From a virus (Duplodnaviria > Caudoviricetes), in the IMG/VR virus record IMGVR_UViG_3300037400_002732, positions 110,808 through 174,807 of that record: a DNA stretch of 64,000 bases; one strand, written 5' to 3'. Both the position numbers and the translations under genes were made by a program. A model generated the notes under the pieces. The model was not told the origin of the DNA. It ran no database searches and was given only the letters and a program-made list of their open reading frames with translations. Positions 47,261 to 57,190 of the stretch are shown one piece after another. The stretch's first letter is position 1; the number at the start of each line of letters is the position of its first letter.

Positions 47261-50200
47261 ATGGACGAACGCGAACTGCCGACTAACAAAATACACGACT
47301 ATGTGACATGGCCTACTACGACGCCGATTTTTGAAGATGGCCGTGGTGGTCTTGCGTTCCCTGAACAGAATAACAGTAATTGTCATTTTGATGAAAATGG
47401 GGATTTGGTAACTGACCGTAAACTGGTATCAGCTAACGTGTCGGCTGGCGTTGTTTATACAGACGGTAATAATCCGATTACTTCGTCGGATATTGTCTAT
47501 CAGCCTAGTTATTCGGTTGAAATTAGACCGGATGTACTAAGCTTTAAGGTAAAATCATTTACGTATAGCAACGGTTCTGGTACGATTACACTGGTCGATA
47601 GCTTGACTAGCCAGCTGGTGCCGTACTTGAATACGTCAGCAACGTTTTTTGCGGCAACTCCAGATACATTGGAATGTACTAAATTGGTGTCGGCTGATAT
47701 TGCTGTAAATCCAGTTGAAGGCGATACAATCGAGTTTACTACTTCCGACTTGGTCGTTGACGGCGTAGATGTGCCGTTCGACATGACTACAGGCATATCG
47801 TTCGACTTGCTGATTTCGCTGAAGGATATTAGCTCGGATACTATATATGCATACTTGGCTAATCAAGACGATTCCTCGCAGAATGGCGTTTATGCTTATA
47901 CGTCTGGCCACGTAACAAGGGTTGCATCTAGCCCGATTGATCCGGACATCGATGCGAATCAGTTGTTGTCTGATCCTACTGTAAATGACAATGTCGAATG
48001 TTGTCACCATTACCGCAAGTCATACTCGCATAAAGAAGTTCATGACCGTGTCTACAACTTGGTCGGAAAGGTTACTGGTTTTGGTGTCAAGTCGATGTCA
48101 TTCTCGAATTGTGATGGCGGCTTGATTGATTGGTTTACTTCGATAGGAAAGGTGAATTTAGGTAATGGGCATTCAAGTGTGTTCGTTAACGGATTTGGTC
48201 TAGGTCAGATGTACAAGGCCGCATTGTCTAGCGAAGCCGAATATCCTGTACTTCCTAAAGATGGTTTTGATGAGAATGATGGCGTACTACATCCATGGCT
48301 TCAATGGGCATACGGTACACGATATGACGCCAAGACTAGTACGGATATTTGCGCATTGCCTCGTGACTGGCCGTTTACTCATTTAACGGCGACCGAGGAA
48401 CAGCCTATTTTCAACAAGCTTACTGATACGAATAACATAACTCTGGTAAGAAAGTGTTCTGCCGGTGTTGGCAATTTGGAAATGGATCGTATCGAGTATG
48501 ATGACGAGACCGGAGATCCCAAAATCGATCCGGATACTGGTGAACCTATTACTAGCAAGGTATATTACAACAAGCACCACATTGTGCTGTATCCAGACTA
48601 TACCGCAATCACTAACAAGGAAGGTTATTCCGACGGAAGTGTAGTGGTTAAACCGTTGTTTGTCCATCTGCCAGCGCCGATCGATACAAAGGACGGCGAA
48701 ACTATCGATATTACGTTCTCTATACAGAATGTCGATCCTAATGCATTCGGAGATACTAGTACATCGGAGAACGCGAAGAAAGCGTTGAGCGGTTATTATG
48801 CGGCCATGTCTCGTCCGCGTGTTTATGTGATGGGTGGCGTACAAAAGTTCAGCAATAAGAAGCTACCGATTACGGTCGATCTGGTTAATGGTGAATATGT
48901 CGCTACGTCTACGAAGCTCGCGTATGCAAACGACGGAATTACGCCTCTTGCTGTTGTTGGCGAGGAAGGAACCGCCATACGAGCTAATGTTATCGTAATG
49001 AACAGAAACTCGACTGGCGAGCGTCACTCATTTACTATGTATGGGTGGTTGACTAAGAACAGTGTTGAAGATGGCGGAGCTACCATAAAGTTCGATACAT
49101 CCGATGGGAAGTATTTCCCGTATGACAACGTCAGCGGCCCAGATAGAAGTGCGCTGGAGTTTGCTATATGCGGAATGGCGTACCTGGAGGCTGGAGATAA
49201 TCCTACTGATACTCCGTTAGGACTGGTCAGCCGTGATCCGAAATTGCACCGAGGCGATGCTGGCGATGGCGACGTTGGCGACTTGAATGAATTTAACAAG
49301 TTCTATGCGGTTACTGCGGATGATGACCAGCTCACGACGATTCCTTACATGGACAAGCGTTATGTATTGGCTACCGTGTACCAGACTGCTACAAGTACAT
49401 TCCCTTGGGCACTAAACAACCGTCGAAAGATGGCTGCGCTTAACCGTACTTGGACTGACGAATTTCATGTTAGCCATAACGGTTCTAAAACAGTCATGCA
49501 GTCAGTATATGAAGAAAATCAGAAACTGTTCAAGCTGATTTCCGAAGAGTTTGATACAAGACCGTTATCAGCCAATAACTATCCAATGACGTTCAACTCG
49601 ACTGCGCCGTGGAATAGCCTTGCTTCTCGATTGCGTGTTGTCTTCAGAGCGACATATAGCAATAGCCCATATGTACAGCCAGAGGGTAATCCAGTACGAA
49701 TGGCTAGATGGGCTGTAACTACACTTGCCAACGATTTTCGAAAGATGCGACTTCTGTCCTATAAGGGAAACAAGAAGGCTCGTGTAAAGGTGGCTGGTTT
49801 GCCTCTAGAGCTAGAGGATTGGCCGACGGCTGGAGACACGATTCGGAAAACTATTGAACCACCGGACGTATCTACTGAACCGACGTGGGAACAAGACTTG
49901 ACGGCTTCAATATGGTGTAGCAACTTGCGTAACTTGCCAGAATATGTTGCGAATCCGACGAATACCACCTTGCCAGATATTTTCGCCGATGATAAATGGT
50001 ATGAGTACATTCTTCGTGAAGACAATCCGTACCATTGTGAAGCCATGAAGTCTAGTTCGGCGACCGAAACGCTGCCTTATGCTGGTGACACCGGTTGCGA
50101 GACGTATTCCGATAATTCCGTGATTACTAAATGCCTTCCGCAGCTTGTTGGAAATGTCAGCAAGCATACTGACTTAGTCGAGGATATGCGTCGTTATGCA

Positions 50201-51718
50201 GAAACTGTACTTGCCGTGAAGATTGATGAAGACGCGTACATGAACTTGTCCAATGTAGGCGGCATTGACAATGCAAATAAGGACTGGATGAATCCGTTCA
50301 CTAACATACAGTCGATCGACTCGGTTCCATACCCAGTGATTGACGTGGAGACGTTGAATTCATTCACGGAACATCAGCGACCGTTCGCGTCAGCCGATGC
50401 CGTGCAGACGTACCGTTATGAAGTTGATGACGACGCCGATCCGGTTACGTCCGTATCGACTGTAATGAGCATGGATAATAATGACGTGGCCGAATCTGAA
50501 CAATTAGCCAAGCTTGTTGAATTTGTCGAAACGTATGTGGCTCCGTATGGCGCTAAGCTTCCGTTGCATCAATACCAAAGCTCCAGAGTTCAGCTAAAAC
50601 AAGGAAATATTCCGGTCGCTACGGATCCTATTTACATCAGAACTATCAAGCGTATGAAGAATCGCATGGGTTTGACTGAACAGCTTATCGCCAGCTATTT
50701 GAACGATTCGTTTGCGATTACTGACGCTGACACTAGAGATCCAAATGTAGACCGTGCTGACGTAAGCAACGCTTCTATTGGAGTATCTGCTCCGCCGTAT
50801 GTAACGCCTCTTAACGTGGCTAATCAGACTTATACTAGGGTGATCATGCAGTTCACTTTCTCACAGAAAGCTGGACGCTGGTACACTACTGGATATAGAC
50901 AGTGCCCTACGAACTACTTGACTCCGCTGTATGGTTCTGATGCGCTGTCAACCTTGTGGCCGAGCATGTACACGGAAACCGGCAGTATTGCACCTAAATG
51001 GAATTCTGTGACGCACCAGTTTGAAAATGATACGCTGCTCCCATTATGGCGTAATTCGTCATGCATAGGGTTGAATTCATACCGTAGTCACATGTACTTC
51101 CCGTATAGTTCAGTTCCGCCTATGGATTTGACACTTGGTTGTGTTCCGTATTTGAATACGAACCAGAGCTGGGTATTCGACGGAAGTGACTCTACTGGAA
51201 AGATTCTGCCGTCATTCGATTCACTTGACGACACGGAGGCATTGATGCCGTTGTCGCACCTTGAACGTCCTTACTTGCCGCAAGATGAAGGCGGTATTAA
51301 CCTTTATCCGCCATCCAATGTGAACGGCGAACACTTGGATTCTACCGACAATGGTTTACATGCAAACTTCTGGTCTGTAAGGAAGTATATTCGTCCAGCT
51401 GTCAGCGTATTAAAGGGGACTGATATACCTGGGCATGATGTTTTCCCGGATGAAGGCGAAGAACCGCAGCCGTCGCACAAGAACGGACTAATATCCGATG
51501 CGACAATGTATCGTATGTTTGATTTCCCTATGCCGGGAACGGTTGAATACAAGTTGCCTAACGAAGTCAACCCTGAAGACGATATGGCTAAGACTCACCT
51601 TCTATATGGCGAAGTACATGGTAACCGTGTACCGGAAGGCATTATTAAGACTAACCAGACTGGCGTCTCACTTGGTTACGGCGTTAGCGAAGAAGAACAA
51701 GAAATTGATAGAACATAG
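47261..51718 (+). CDS. Large putative virion structural protein
   Basis: Late motif; contains LANQDDSSQNGVY, similar to the repeat unit of the 13616 protein. Confidence 0.6.
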   Translation: MDERELPTNKIHDYVTWPTTTPIFEDGRGGLAFPEQNNSNCHFDENGDLVTDRKLVSANVSAGVVYTDGNNPITSSDIVYQPSYSVEIRPDVLSFKVKSFTYSNGSGTITLVDSLTSQLVPYLNTSATFFAATPDTLECTKLVSADIAVNPVEGDTIEFTTSDLVVDGVDVPFDMTTGISFDLLISLKDISSDTIYAYLANQDDSSQNGVYAYTSGHVTRVASSPIDPDIDANQLLSDPTVNDNVECCHHYRKSYSHKEVHDRVYNLVGKVTGFGVKSMSFSNCDGGLIDWFTSIGKVNLGNGHSSVFVNGFGLGQMYKAALSSEAEYPVLPKDGFDENDGVLHPWLQWAYGTRYDAKTSTDICALPRDWPFTHLTATEEQPIFNKLTDTNNITLVRKCSAGVGNLEMDRIEYDDETGDPKIDPDTGEPITSKVYYNKHHIVLYPDYTAITNKEGYSDGSVVVKPLFVHLPAPIDTKDGETIDITFSIQNVDPNAFGDTSTSENAKKALSGYYAAMSRPRVYVMGGVQKFSNKKLPITVDLVNGEYVATSTKLAYANDGITPLAVVGEEGTAIRANVIVMNRNSTGERHSFTMYGWLTKNSVEDGGATIKFDTSDGKYFPYDNVSGPDRSALEFAICGMAYLEAGDNPTDTPLGLVSRDPKLHRGDAGDGDVGDLNEFNKFYAVTADDDQLTTIPYMDKRYVLATVYQTATSTFPWALNNRRKMAALNRTWTDEFHVSHNGSKTVMQSVYEENQKLFKLISEEFDTRPLSANNYPMTFNSTAPWNSLASRLRVVFRATYSNSPYVQPEGNPVRMARWAVTTLANDFRKMRLLSYKGNKKARVKVAGLPLELEDWPTAGDTIRKTIEPPDVSTEPTWEQDLTASIWCSNLRNLPEYVANPTNTTLPDIFADDKWYEYILREDNPYHCEAMKSSSATETLPYAGDTGCETYSDNSVITKCLPQLVGNVSKHTDLVEDMRRYAETVLAVKIDEDAYMNLSNVGGIDNANKDWMNPFTNIQSIDSVPYPVIDVETLNSFTEHQRPFASADAVQTYRYEVDDDADPVTSVSTVMSMDNNDVAESEQLAKLVEFVETYVAPYGAKLPLHQYQSSRVQLKQGNIPVATDPIYIRTIKRMKNRMGLTEQLIASYLNDSFAITDADTRDPNVDRADVSNASIGVSAPPYVTPLNVANQTYTRVIMQFTFSQKAGRWYTTGYRQCPTNYLTPLYGSDALSTLWPSMYTETGSIAPKWNSVTHQFENDTLLPLWRNSSCIGLNSYRSHMYFPYSSVPPMDLTLGCVPYLNTNQSWVFDGSDSTGKILPSFDSLDDTEALMPLSHLERPYLPQDEGGINLYPPSNVNGEHLDSTDNGLHANFWSVRKYIRPAVSVLKGTDIPGHDVFPDEGEEPQPSHKNGLISDATMYRMFDFPMPGTVEYKLPNEVNPEDDMAKTHLLYGEVHGNRVPEGIIKTNQTGVSLGYGVSEEEQEIDRT

Positions 51719-51726
51719 GAGACTCT

Positions 51727-52860
51727 ATGGCACAAGATACATTGACACCTAAGCGAATTTCGGCGTTGACTCCGATCGACTCGGAGACTGATGCATCGTT
51801 GTTTGATAATCGAGCCGATAAATGGGTAATGGCGATTGACTCTATTCAGCGTAGTAACGCGGCTGACCGTCCAGAAGGAAGCGGATTGGTAGAGGGAACC
51901 GACAAAGGTTCACTGAAGTTACCGATGAGCCGTATTGCGTTGCGTGACGATCATGGAAAAATTCCAGCAAGCATGCTTCCTGGTCATATAGATGACATGC
52001 TCTTCGGTGAAATGATCATCGACAAGACGACTGAACATAAGGCGACGTTTATTGAACATTGGATGGATACGACGCAAGATCCTCCAGTAGAAAAAACTCG
52101 TACATATGTTTCGCCAACTACGGCACGGACTGACACTGATTATGAGCCGCCAGAAAATGCTATTTATGTCGATTCGTATAGCACAAGCGGCACACCGACA
52201 GAAATTCAATACCGATATGTTAAGGCGAATGAAGCTAATGAAAATCTAAATTATGGATTTACCGAAGTTCCCGGCTCTCGCTCAATCGTCCCTGGCTATG
52301 GCGTCAATGTTACCTATCCAGGCAATACAGTACAAATAGAGACAAAACGTCCTCAGTTCTTATATGGATTTGGACAAGATAGCCGAGTTACAACAGATGC
52401 CAATAACGCGTATGATTTAGTTGATGTGAATAGGTCGTCGTGGAATGTGCCGGAATGCGAGTACATGGAAACGGTTATATGTACACAAGATGTGGCGAAC
52501 GGAAAGACTACATTCAGTAGTTTGCATGCGGATGCTGCTCGGTATCAGTTAGTACTTGAATTTATGGCACTACCGGTAGCTCGTAGTGGGAATATTGTCA
52601 ATGTATGTCTGTATGATCACTTAGTATCGAGCGATAGCACTGTCTACAGACTTGCTAGCGTTGCTCAAATGGATATGAGCGGCCCGTACGTATTCAGTGA
52701 CGTGGTTGCTGATCCGACATTATATACTAAAGCCGAATCGACATTCCGTCTTGCATATGAATTCACGGCAAATAGTACACATCAGAGATCGTTCAGTTTG
52801 ACGTCGGAAGAACCTATCCGTGTACGATTGGCTCACATGTATCTGACTGAACTAATTTAG
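51727..52860 (+). CDS. Putative tail fibre / appendage protein
   Basis: SD AGGAG; KRISAL N-terminus and DDHGKIPASMLP fibre-type motif. Confidence 0.55.
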   Translation: MAQDTLTPKRISALTPIDSETDASLFDNRADKWVMAIDSIQRSNAADRPEGSGLVEGTDKGSLKLPMSRIALRDDHGKIPASMLPGHIDDMLFGEMIIDKTTEHKATFIEHWMDTTQDPPVEKTRTYVSPTTARTDTDYEPPENAIYVDSYSTSGTPTEIQYRYVKANEANENLNYGFTEVPGSRSIVPGYGVNVTYPGNTVQIETKRPQFLYGFGQDSRVTTDANNAYDLVDVNRSSWNVPECEYMETVICTQDVANGKTTFSSLHADAARYQLVLEFMALPVARSGNIVNVCLYDHLVSSDSTVYRLASVAQMDMSGPYVFSDVVADPTLYTKAESTFRLAYEFTANSTHQRSFSLTSEEPIRVRLAHMYLTELI

Positions 52861-53088
52861 AATGTATTTCACCGCAGCAACCAAGAATATGCCGAGCGTG
52901 AGAATGCTCGGCATTCCTATTGCAATGTACCAGAATAAGCGGCGTTTATTCCATTTGTGTTCGTCGTGATTGTACAGCCCAATTTTAGAACAAGCTATAT
53001 GGAGTTCTACGACGAGAAACATGTAAACAAGCTCGATGATGTTTACATAAGGCGTTGCTGTTTCGTTTGAATCGAATTCTCTGATCAT
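52852..53088 (-). CDS. Small membrane protein
   Basis: Two hydrophobic segments; ATGA overlap with the upstream minus-strand gene. Confidence 0.55.
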   Translation of the reverse strand: MIREFDSNETATPYVNIIELVYMFLVVELHIACSKIGLYNHDEHKWNKRRLFWYIAIGMPSILTLGIFLVAAVKYILN

Positions 53089-53747
53089 ACCTCAGAAATT
53101 ACATCTTCTGATGTCGGTTCGGAACCTTCCTTCGGTATGACGTGGCCTTCTTCGTCAGTATCGACCTTGTCGATCCATAGGATGACTGGTTCTTCGCCGT
53201 TTGCGTTCACCTTCATCTGGGACACCGGAGTAAACCCGATTTCCTTGAGGATTTCTGCAGTAGACTCGTCAGACGCGGTAGTAGCGGCGAAAAACGGAGT
53301 GCCGAGCGCATTTAGCTGCGATGCAAGTTCTTGCTCTACTGGCGTGTGCATGTATTCGTCTGCGATAGCGATAAATTCTATCTGTACACGACCGTCGAGG
53401 TTCTGCGCACTCTTGATTGAATACTGGTCTAGTGGAATGAATCCCATGTAGCTTTCGGACGTTGGGTCGATAATCGAGGCGACTGCGACCGGAATGTTTT
53501 CGTCAGTAATGTAGACGATGGTGACCGCATTGGTCAGACGGTCTATCGTAGCCGGTGCCGCTGCAATGTCGTTGCTGTTTTCGCGAGGAATGACGTCCAT
53601 CTTACCGTCGATGAGGTCGGCGAGCTGGAACATTACCTCTTCGGTAATGTCGCTTGGGTTCTTCACGAACGCCTCGAACTGGTTAGGATCAAGACCTTCG
53701 GCAAAGTCTTTCTTGAATGTGTCGAGATCGTCTTCGATGAAGTTCAT
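53085..53747 (-). CDS. Acidic protein with a degenerate GNAT-like fold
   Basis: PVAVASI, IEFIAIADEY and STAEILKEIGF resemble GNAT motifs; the R/Q-x-x-G-x-G loop is absent. Confidence 0.45.
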   Translation of the reverse strand: MNFIEDDLDTFKKDFAEGLDPNQFEAFVKNPSDITEEVMFQLADLIDGKMDVIPRENSNDIAAAPATIDRLTNAVTIVYITDENIPVAVASIIDPTSESYMGFIPLDQYSIKSAQNLDGRVQIEFIAIADEYMHTPVEQELASQLNALGTPFFAATTASDESTAEILKEIGFTPVSQMKVNANGEEPVILWIDKVDTDEEGHVIPKEGSEPTSEDVISEV

Positions 53748-54640
53748 TAGTTCAGCTCCTGTAGCAGCTGGTCAACTCCGTTGGCCTTTAGCTTGTTGTG
53801 AAGTTCTTGACGAATGCCGCGAGCGAATGCGGTGGCCGCGTTGTGCTGGGCTGCTGCCTTCGGATCTTCTTGGACGACTTCCTTCGGCTCGTCATCCTCA
53901 TTGGAATGCACTGCCTTCGGCGGAAGACTAGCGACCGGAACGGACAACTCACCGCTGTTGAGCATGTCGTAAATGTGCTTGGCTTCGCTTGCCGCAGGGA
54001 CTGTGGCGACGGAGTAGTCGTCCTTTTCGTTGTGGGCGGCTTGTTCGGACAGCTTCTTGGTAATTTCTGCCACTAGTGTAGGAATTGCGTTGCCGTCAAG
54101 TTCCTTGGAAGTGTCGATTCCGTATTCGCTTGCGATGTATTCCTTGCCGTTGTTCTCCGGCATCGTGTTGCAGTTCTGGCCTCCGGCGCAACCAGTGAGC
54201 GTAGGGGCGAGTGCCATTGCACCGACCGCCAGACCCTTGCCGACCTTCTTGGCCATGTCTTTAGCCCAGCCTTCCATGAGAGCGTCGTCGTTCAGTGCGG
54301 TGCAACCCATCTGGACAGCCTTGACCAGACCGTCGTTGACGCCGATAGTGCCTACTGTACGGTACAGTTCGTCGTTGCCAGTGAAGCTGGCTTCCACGAG
54401 GGCCGTGTCGTTGCTGGTGAGCGTGACTCTAACGGTTCCGTTAGTCTGGTTGTAGATATAACTGCCGTCGGCAACCTTTAGTCCAGATACGGCCTCGGCA
54501 AAGTACTTCTTGCACGAGTCGGCTTTGACTGGTGCCGATGCGCATTCGCAGAGGACATACATGCGCTTGATGGCTTCAAGCGAGGCGGCGTTGTCGAACG
54601 TCTTTGCCTTGTCGAGATTGGAAATAAATTCGTAGTTCAT
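53747..54640 (-). CDS. Late protein with pro-region and an internal lipoprotein signal (lipobox LTGC)
   Basis: SD AAGGA and late motif; LMEG-WAKDMAKKVGKGLAVGAMALAPTLTGC. Confidence 0.6.
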   Translation of the reverse strand: MNYEFISNLDKAKTFDNAASLEAIKRMYVLCECASAPVKADSCKKYFAEAVSGLKVADGSYIYNQTNGTVRVTLTSNDTALVEASFTGNDELYRTVGTIGVNDGLVKAVQMGCTALNDDALMEGWAKDMAKKVGKGLAVGAMALAPTLTGCAGGQNCNTMPENNGKEYIASEYGIDTSKELDGNAIPTLVAEITKKLSEQAAHNEKDDYSVATVPAASEAKHIYDMLNSGELSVPVASLPPKAVHSNEDDEPKEVVQEDPKAAAQHNAATAFARGIRQELHNKLKANGVDQLLQELN

Positions 54641-54665
54641 GGCGGAATCCTTTCACTATGTACGC

Positions 54666-54673
54666 AGTTTATC
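54666..54673 (-). promoter_or_regulatory. Putative late promoter GATAAACT
   Basis: 26 nt before the minus-strand ATG 54640. Confidence 0.7.
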
Positions 54674-54679
54674 AAAATA

Positions 54680-54708
54680 TTGCCAAATTGAAACGAATAA
54701 GCTATATT
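54680..54708 (+). promoter_or_regulatory. Sigma70-type (early) promoter TTGCCA-N17-TATATT
   Basis: Exact 17-bp spacer, upstream of the 54737 operon. Confidence 0.75.
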
Positions 54709-54736
54709 TACACAAAAATCGATTTTTAATAAAAAT

Positions 54737-55006
54737 ATGCATAAAAGACAAACACTAACAGATTTCTCAGAAGAAATCGTGGCCGTGCCTGATTTCGCCT
54801 CTGGCCAATTTGGAATGGACAGGGTGCTACGTGGCGATATGGACGACCGCGAGTGGCGTCGTTGGAACGCCATTACACAGACTCCGGAACTTAAACAAAT
54901 GATGGCCAAGCACCGTAGGGAAAAGGGGATTGTCGGCTTGAGGAAAGCCGTCGTGGACTTCTTGCGCGAACGCCAGATTCAACTAAAGGATGATCAAGAT
55001 GCTTAA
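54737..55006 (+). CDS. Hypothetical protein
   Basis: First ORF after the promoter; overlaps the next start. Confidence 0.6.
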   Translation: MHKRQTLTDFSEEIVAVPDFASGQFGMDRVLRGDMDDREWRRWNAITQTPELKQMMAKHRREKGIVGLRKAVVDFLRERQIQLKDDQDA

Positions 55007-55829
55007 CATTACTCCGATCCATCAAGTTATTGACGACAGTGACTTGCTGTCAATATACAAGGCATGCGCCAACTCCAAGTATGTAGTGAATAACACGGCA
55101 TACCGTACGAAGGTGAACAAGATTACTTTCGTTCCAGACATGGATGACAAAACGATCAATGCGTACGCCAATGCGGCTAGCGGAGGCTACACGATTACCG
55201 TCCTTGGCGGACTCGTTGGCTGGGAAGGACAGTTTGGCTTCATCAAGACGCTTCTCGACGTGGGCATGCCTCTCGAAACAGTTCTCCGGCTGGTGTCTTG
55301 GACTCGTATCGCATGCGAAACAAAGGATACGCTTAATGACATTACGAATGTCATGCTGAACGAAATGGGAAAGAAGATTAACTTCGCTAAGTACCAAGTA
55401 GGATCTCCGGCGTTCCGCGAACGTTGGCGTTCTAACGTGCTGGATATCATCCAAGCTTGTATCGCGCATGAAATGGGGCACATCTGCCTTGGTCACTGTG
55501 ACGATGCTGGCTACGATCCGACTATCATGTCGTCCAACCGCAACATGGAACGCCAGGCCGACTTGTTCTCGTGCTCGATTATCCAGTGCGGTACTAGTGT
55601 CGCGACGAAGGGCTTCGGCGTCCTCATGCTCCTTACCAGCTTCTATTGCTGGAACCCGACGTACGAAGGCGACGAGACTCATCCGAGTTCGTCCGAACGT
55701 GTCGAAAACATGATCACCAGCTTCAAGGGTGTAGTTTCTGCCAAGGACGTCGCACTTATTCGCAAGGTGTGTGCGACTATCGCAGCTACGAAGATTCCCA
55801 AGAAGAAAAAGCAGAAAGGCGAGGTGTAA
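54999..55829 (+). CDS. M48-family zinc metallopeptidase
   Basis: INAYA, AHEMGH (HExxH), ERQAD and THPSSSER. Confidence 0.88.
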   Translation: MLNITPIHQVIDDSDLLSIYKACANSKYVVNNTAYRTKVNKITFVPDMDDKTINAYANAASGGYTITVLGGLVGWEGQFGFIKTLLDVGMPLETVLRLVSWTRIACETKDTLNDITNVMLNEMGKKINFAKYQVGSPAFRERWRSNVLDIIQACIAHEMGHICLGHCDDAGYDPTIMSSNRNMERQADLFSCSIIQCGTSVATKGFGVLMLLTSFYCWNPTYEGDETHPSSSERVENMITSFKGVVSAKDVALIRKVCATIAATKIPKKKKQKGEV

Positions 55830-56303
55830 ATGAATATCATCGTTTCTGTTGGCGTACAGTTCATGCTGAAAGACAAGAGCATGGACACTCCTACAATGCT
55901 CCCTCGTATTTCGCACGATTACCCGATGGACGTAACGGTCTCGCCGGAACTGGAAGGTTTCTGCGACGAGTATTCCAAGTCGATCGCTGATCCGTCCTAT
56001 ATGCCGCAGTACGAAATCGGCACGGCATTGATCAAGATGATTACGCCTCGCGTCAAGAAGGCTTATCCTGATTTGTGGCGAAAGGAAACTGACGCCAAGG
56101 GCGAGGTTCATCAGTTAAAGCCGAACAACGAGACTATCCTCGAATCGGCGTTGAGCATGGACATTGACGACAAGATCGATGAACTTCTTGAAGACCGTAG
56201 GGAGGAAGTCTTGAAGCGTCTCAACGTGGCTTACCCGGAAGAAACCGAGACTCACTACGTCGCTGGCATGTTCCTCACTAACCTTGGGTGGAAGAAAGCA
56301 TGA
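55830..56303 (+). CDS. Hypothetical protein
   Basis: SD GAGGT; abuts the previous stop. Confidence 0.7.
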   Translation: MNIIVSVGVQFMLKDKSMDTPTMLPRISHDYPMDVTVSPELEGFCDEYSKSIADPSYMPQYEIGTALIKMITPRVKKAYPDLWRKETDAKGEVHQLKPNNETILESALSMDIDDKIDELLEDRREEVLKRLNVAYPEETETHYVAGMFLTNLGWKKA

Positions 56304-56479
56304 TGAAGGAACCTACATTGTCAAACATTTTGCTCGACAAGCTGTGGTTCGTGGCATCGGCTCCGATCGTGTTGTTCATGCTGGTTGTAGGAACCGTGTT
56401 CGGTGTGGCTTGCATGGCCTTTGAATACGCCCAGTATTTGGCTAAGAGCGCATGGAACAAGATTCGAGGACGGGTTTAA
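56300..56479 (+). CDS. Small membrane protein
   Basis: ATGA overlap; one long hydrophobic segment. Confidence 0.6.
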   Translation: MMKEPTLSNILLDKLWFVASAPIVLFMLVVGTVFGVACMAFEYAQYLAKSAWNKIRGRV

Positions 56480-56616
56480 TGAGTCCATCCGAAGAGGCTG
56501 AATACGACGAACGAATGCGCGAGGAAATGCAGCGCGAGGAAGCCGAAGCAGAGGAATTGTTCTGGAGAGAGGCGATGCTGAACTACGACTTTGAGCGAGG
56601 CGACTGGAAATACTAA
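56479..56616 (+). CDS. Small acidic protein (45 aa), absent from the ORF track
   Basis: MSPSEEAEYDERMREEMQREEAEAEELFWREAMLNYDFERGDWKY; TAATG coupling; SD GAGGA. Confidence 0.6.
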   Translation: MSPSEEAEYDERMREEMQREEAEAEELFWREAMLNYDFERGDWKY

Positions 56617-56618
56617 AG

Positions 56619-56644
56619 AAAAGGCGGCCATTTGGCCGCCTTTA
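56619..56644. terminator. Bidirectional terminator
   Basis: AAAAGGCGGCCA-TT-TGGCCGCCTTT between convergent genes. Confidence 0.8.
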
Positions 56645-56664
56645 TTGGTCTATGAATGCAAAGC

Positions 56665-57102
56665 TTAGACGATACCGAGGTTGTACACGGTGTTGATCTT
56701 TTGTCCGTAAAGGTACTTGACCTTCTGTCCCTTCTTAGGCTTGATGAAAGCCTTGATGACGGCGGCGCGGATATGAAGGTGCTTGTGCTTTCCGTTTTCT
56801 GTCTGCGGATCGACGATTTCGCGACCGTAGCAGTCGATGTAGGTGGAAAGGACGTGTCCGTTGCGACCGATCACGCGACCGAAGTTGCTGATCTTGTAGG
56901 TCGGATGATTCTTGACAGACTTCCATTCTTCACCGATGGCCTTGCGGATAACCTTGTCCACTAGTGACGACGGCTTGTCGAGAATCTTGGCGATGCGGTT
57001 CACCTTCTTTGTGTAGTTCTCCTTGCTGGGATCCGCTTCGTAGTCCCCGGCAAGCAGCTCGATACTGGTAATGACCTTGTTGGTCAGATTGATGAGGTTC
57101 AT
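56665..57102 (-). CDS. NUMOD4-domain protein with a degenerate HNH region
   Basis: EEWKSVKNHPTYKISNFGRV (NUMOD4); VIKAFI...VKYLYGQKINTVYNL lacks the HNH His; SD AAGGA. Confidence 0.7.
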   Translation of the reverse strand: MNLINLTNKVITSIELLAGDYEADPSKENYTKKVNRIAKILDKPSSLVDKVIRKAIGEEWKSVKNHPTYKISNFGRVIGRNGHVLSTYIDCYGREIVDPQTENGKHKHLHIRAAVIKAFIKPKKGQKVKYLYGQKINTVYNLGIV

Positions 57103-57190
57103 TTGGTCTTCCTTTATTGATGAATTTGACATAGATTTGCAATTCAAATTGGTTTAATGTAATTTTAGTAAAAAGTAATTTGAATTACAA

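Noticed and set aside
35145-52860. Diversity-generating retroelement or invertible fibre cassette
   Set aside because: No reverse transcriptase, recombinase or template/variable repeat pair was noticed; a self dot-plot would be needed to exclude a short repeat.
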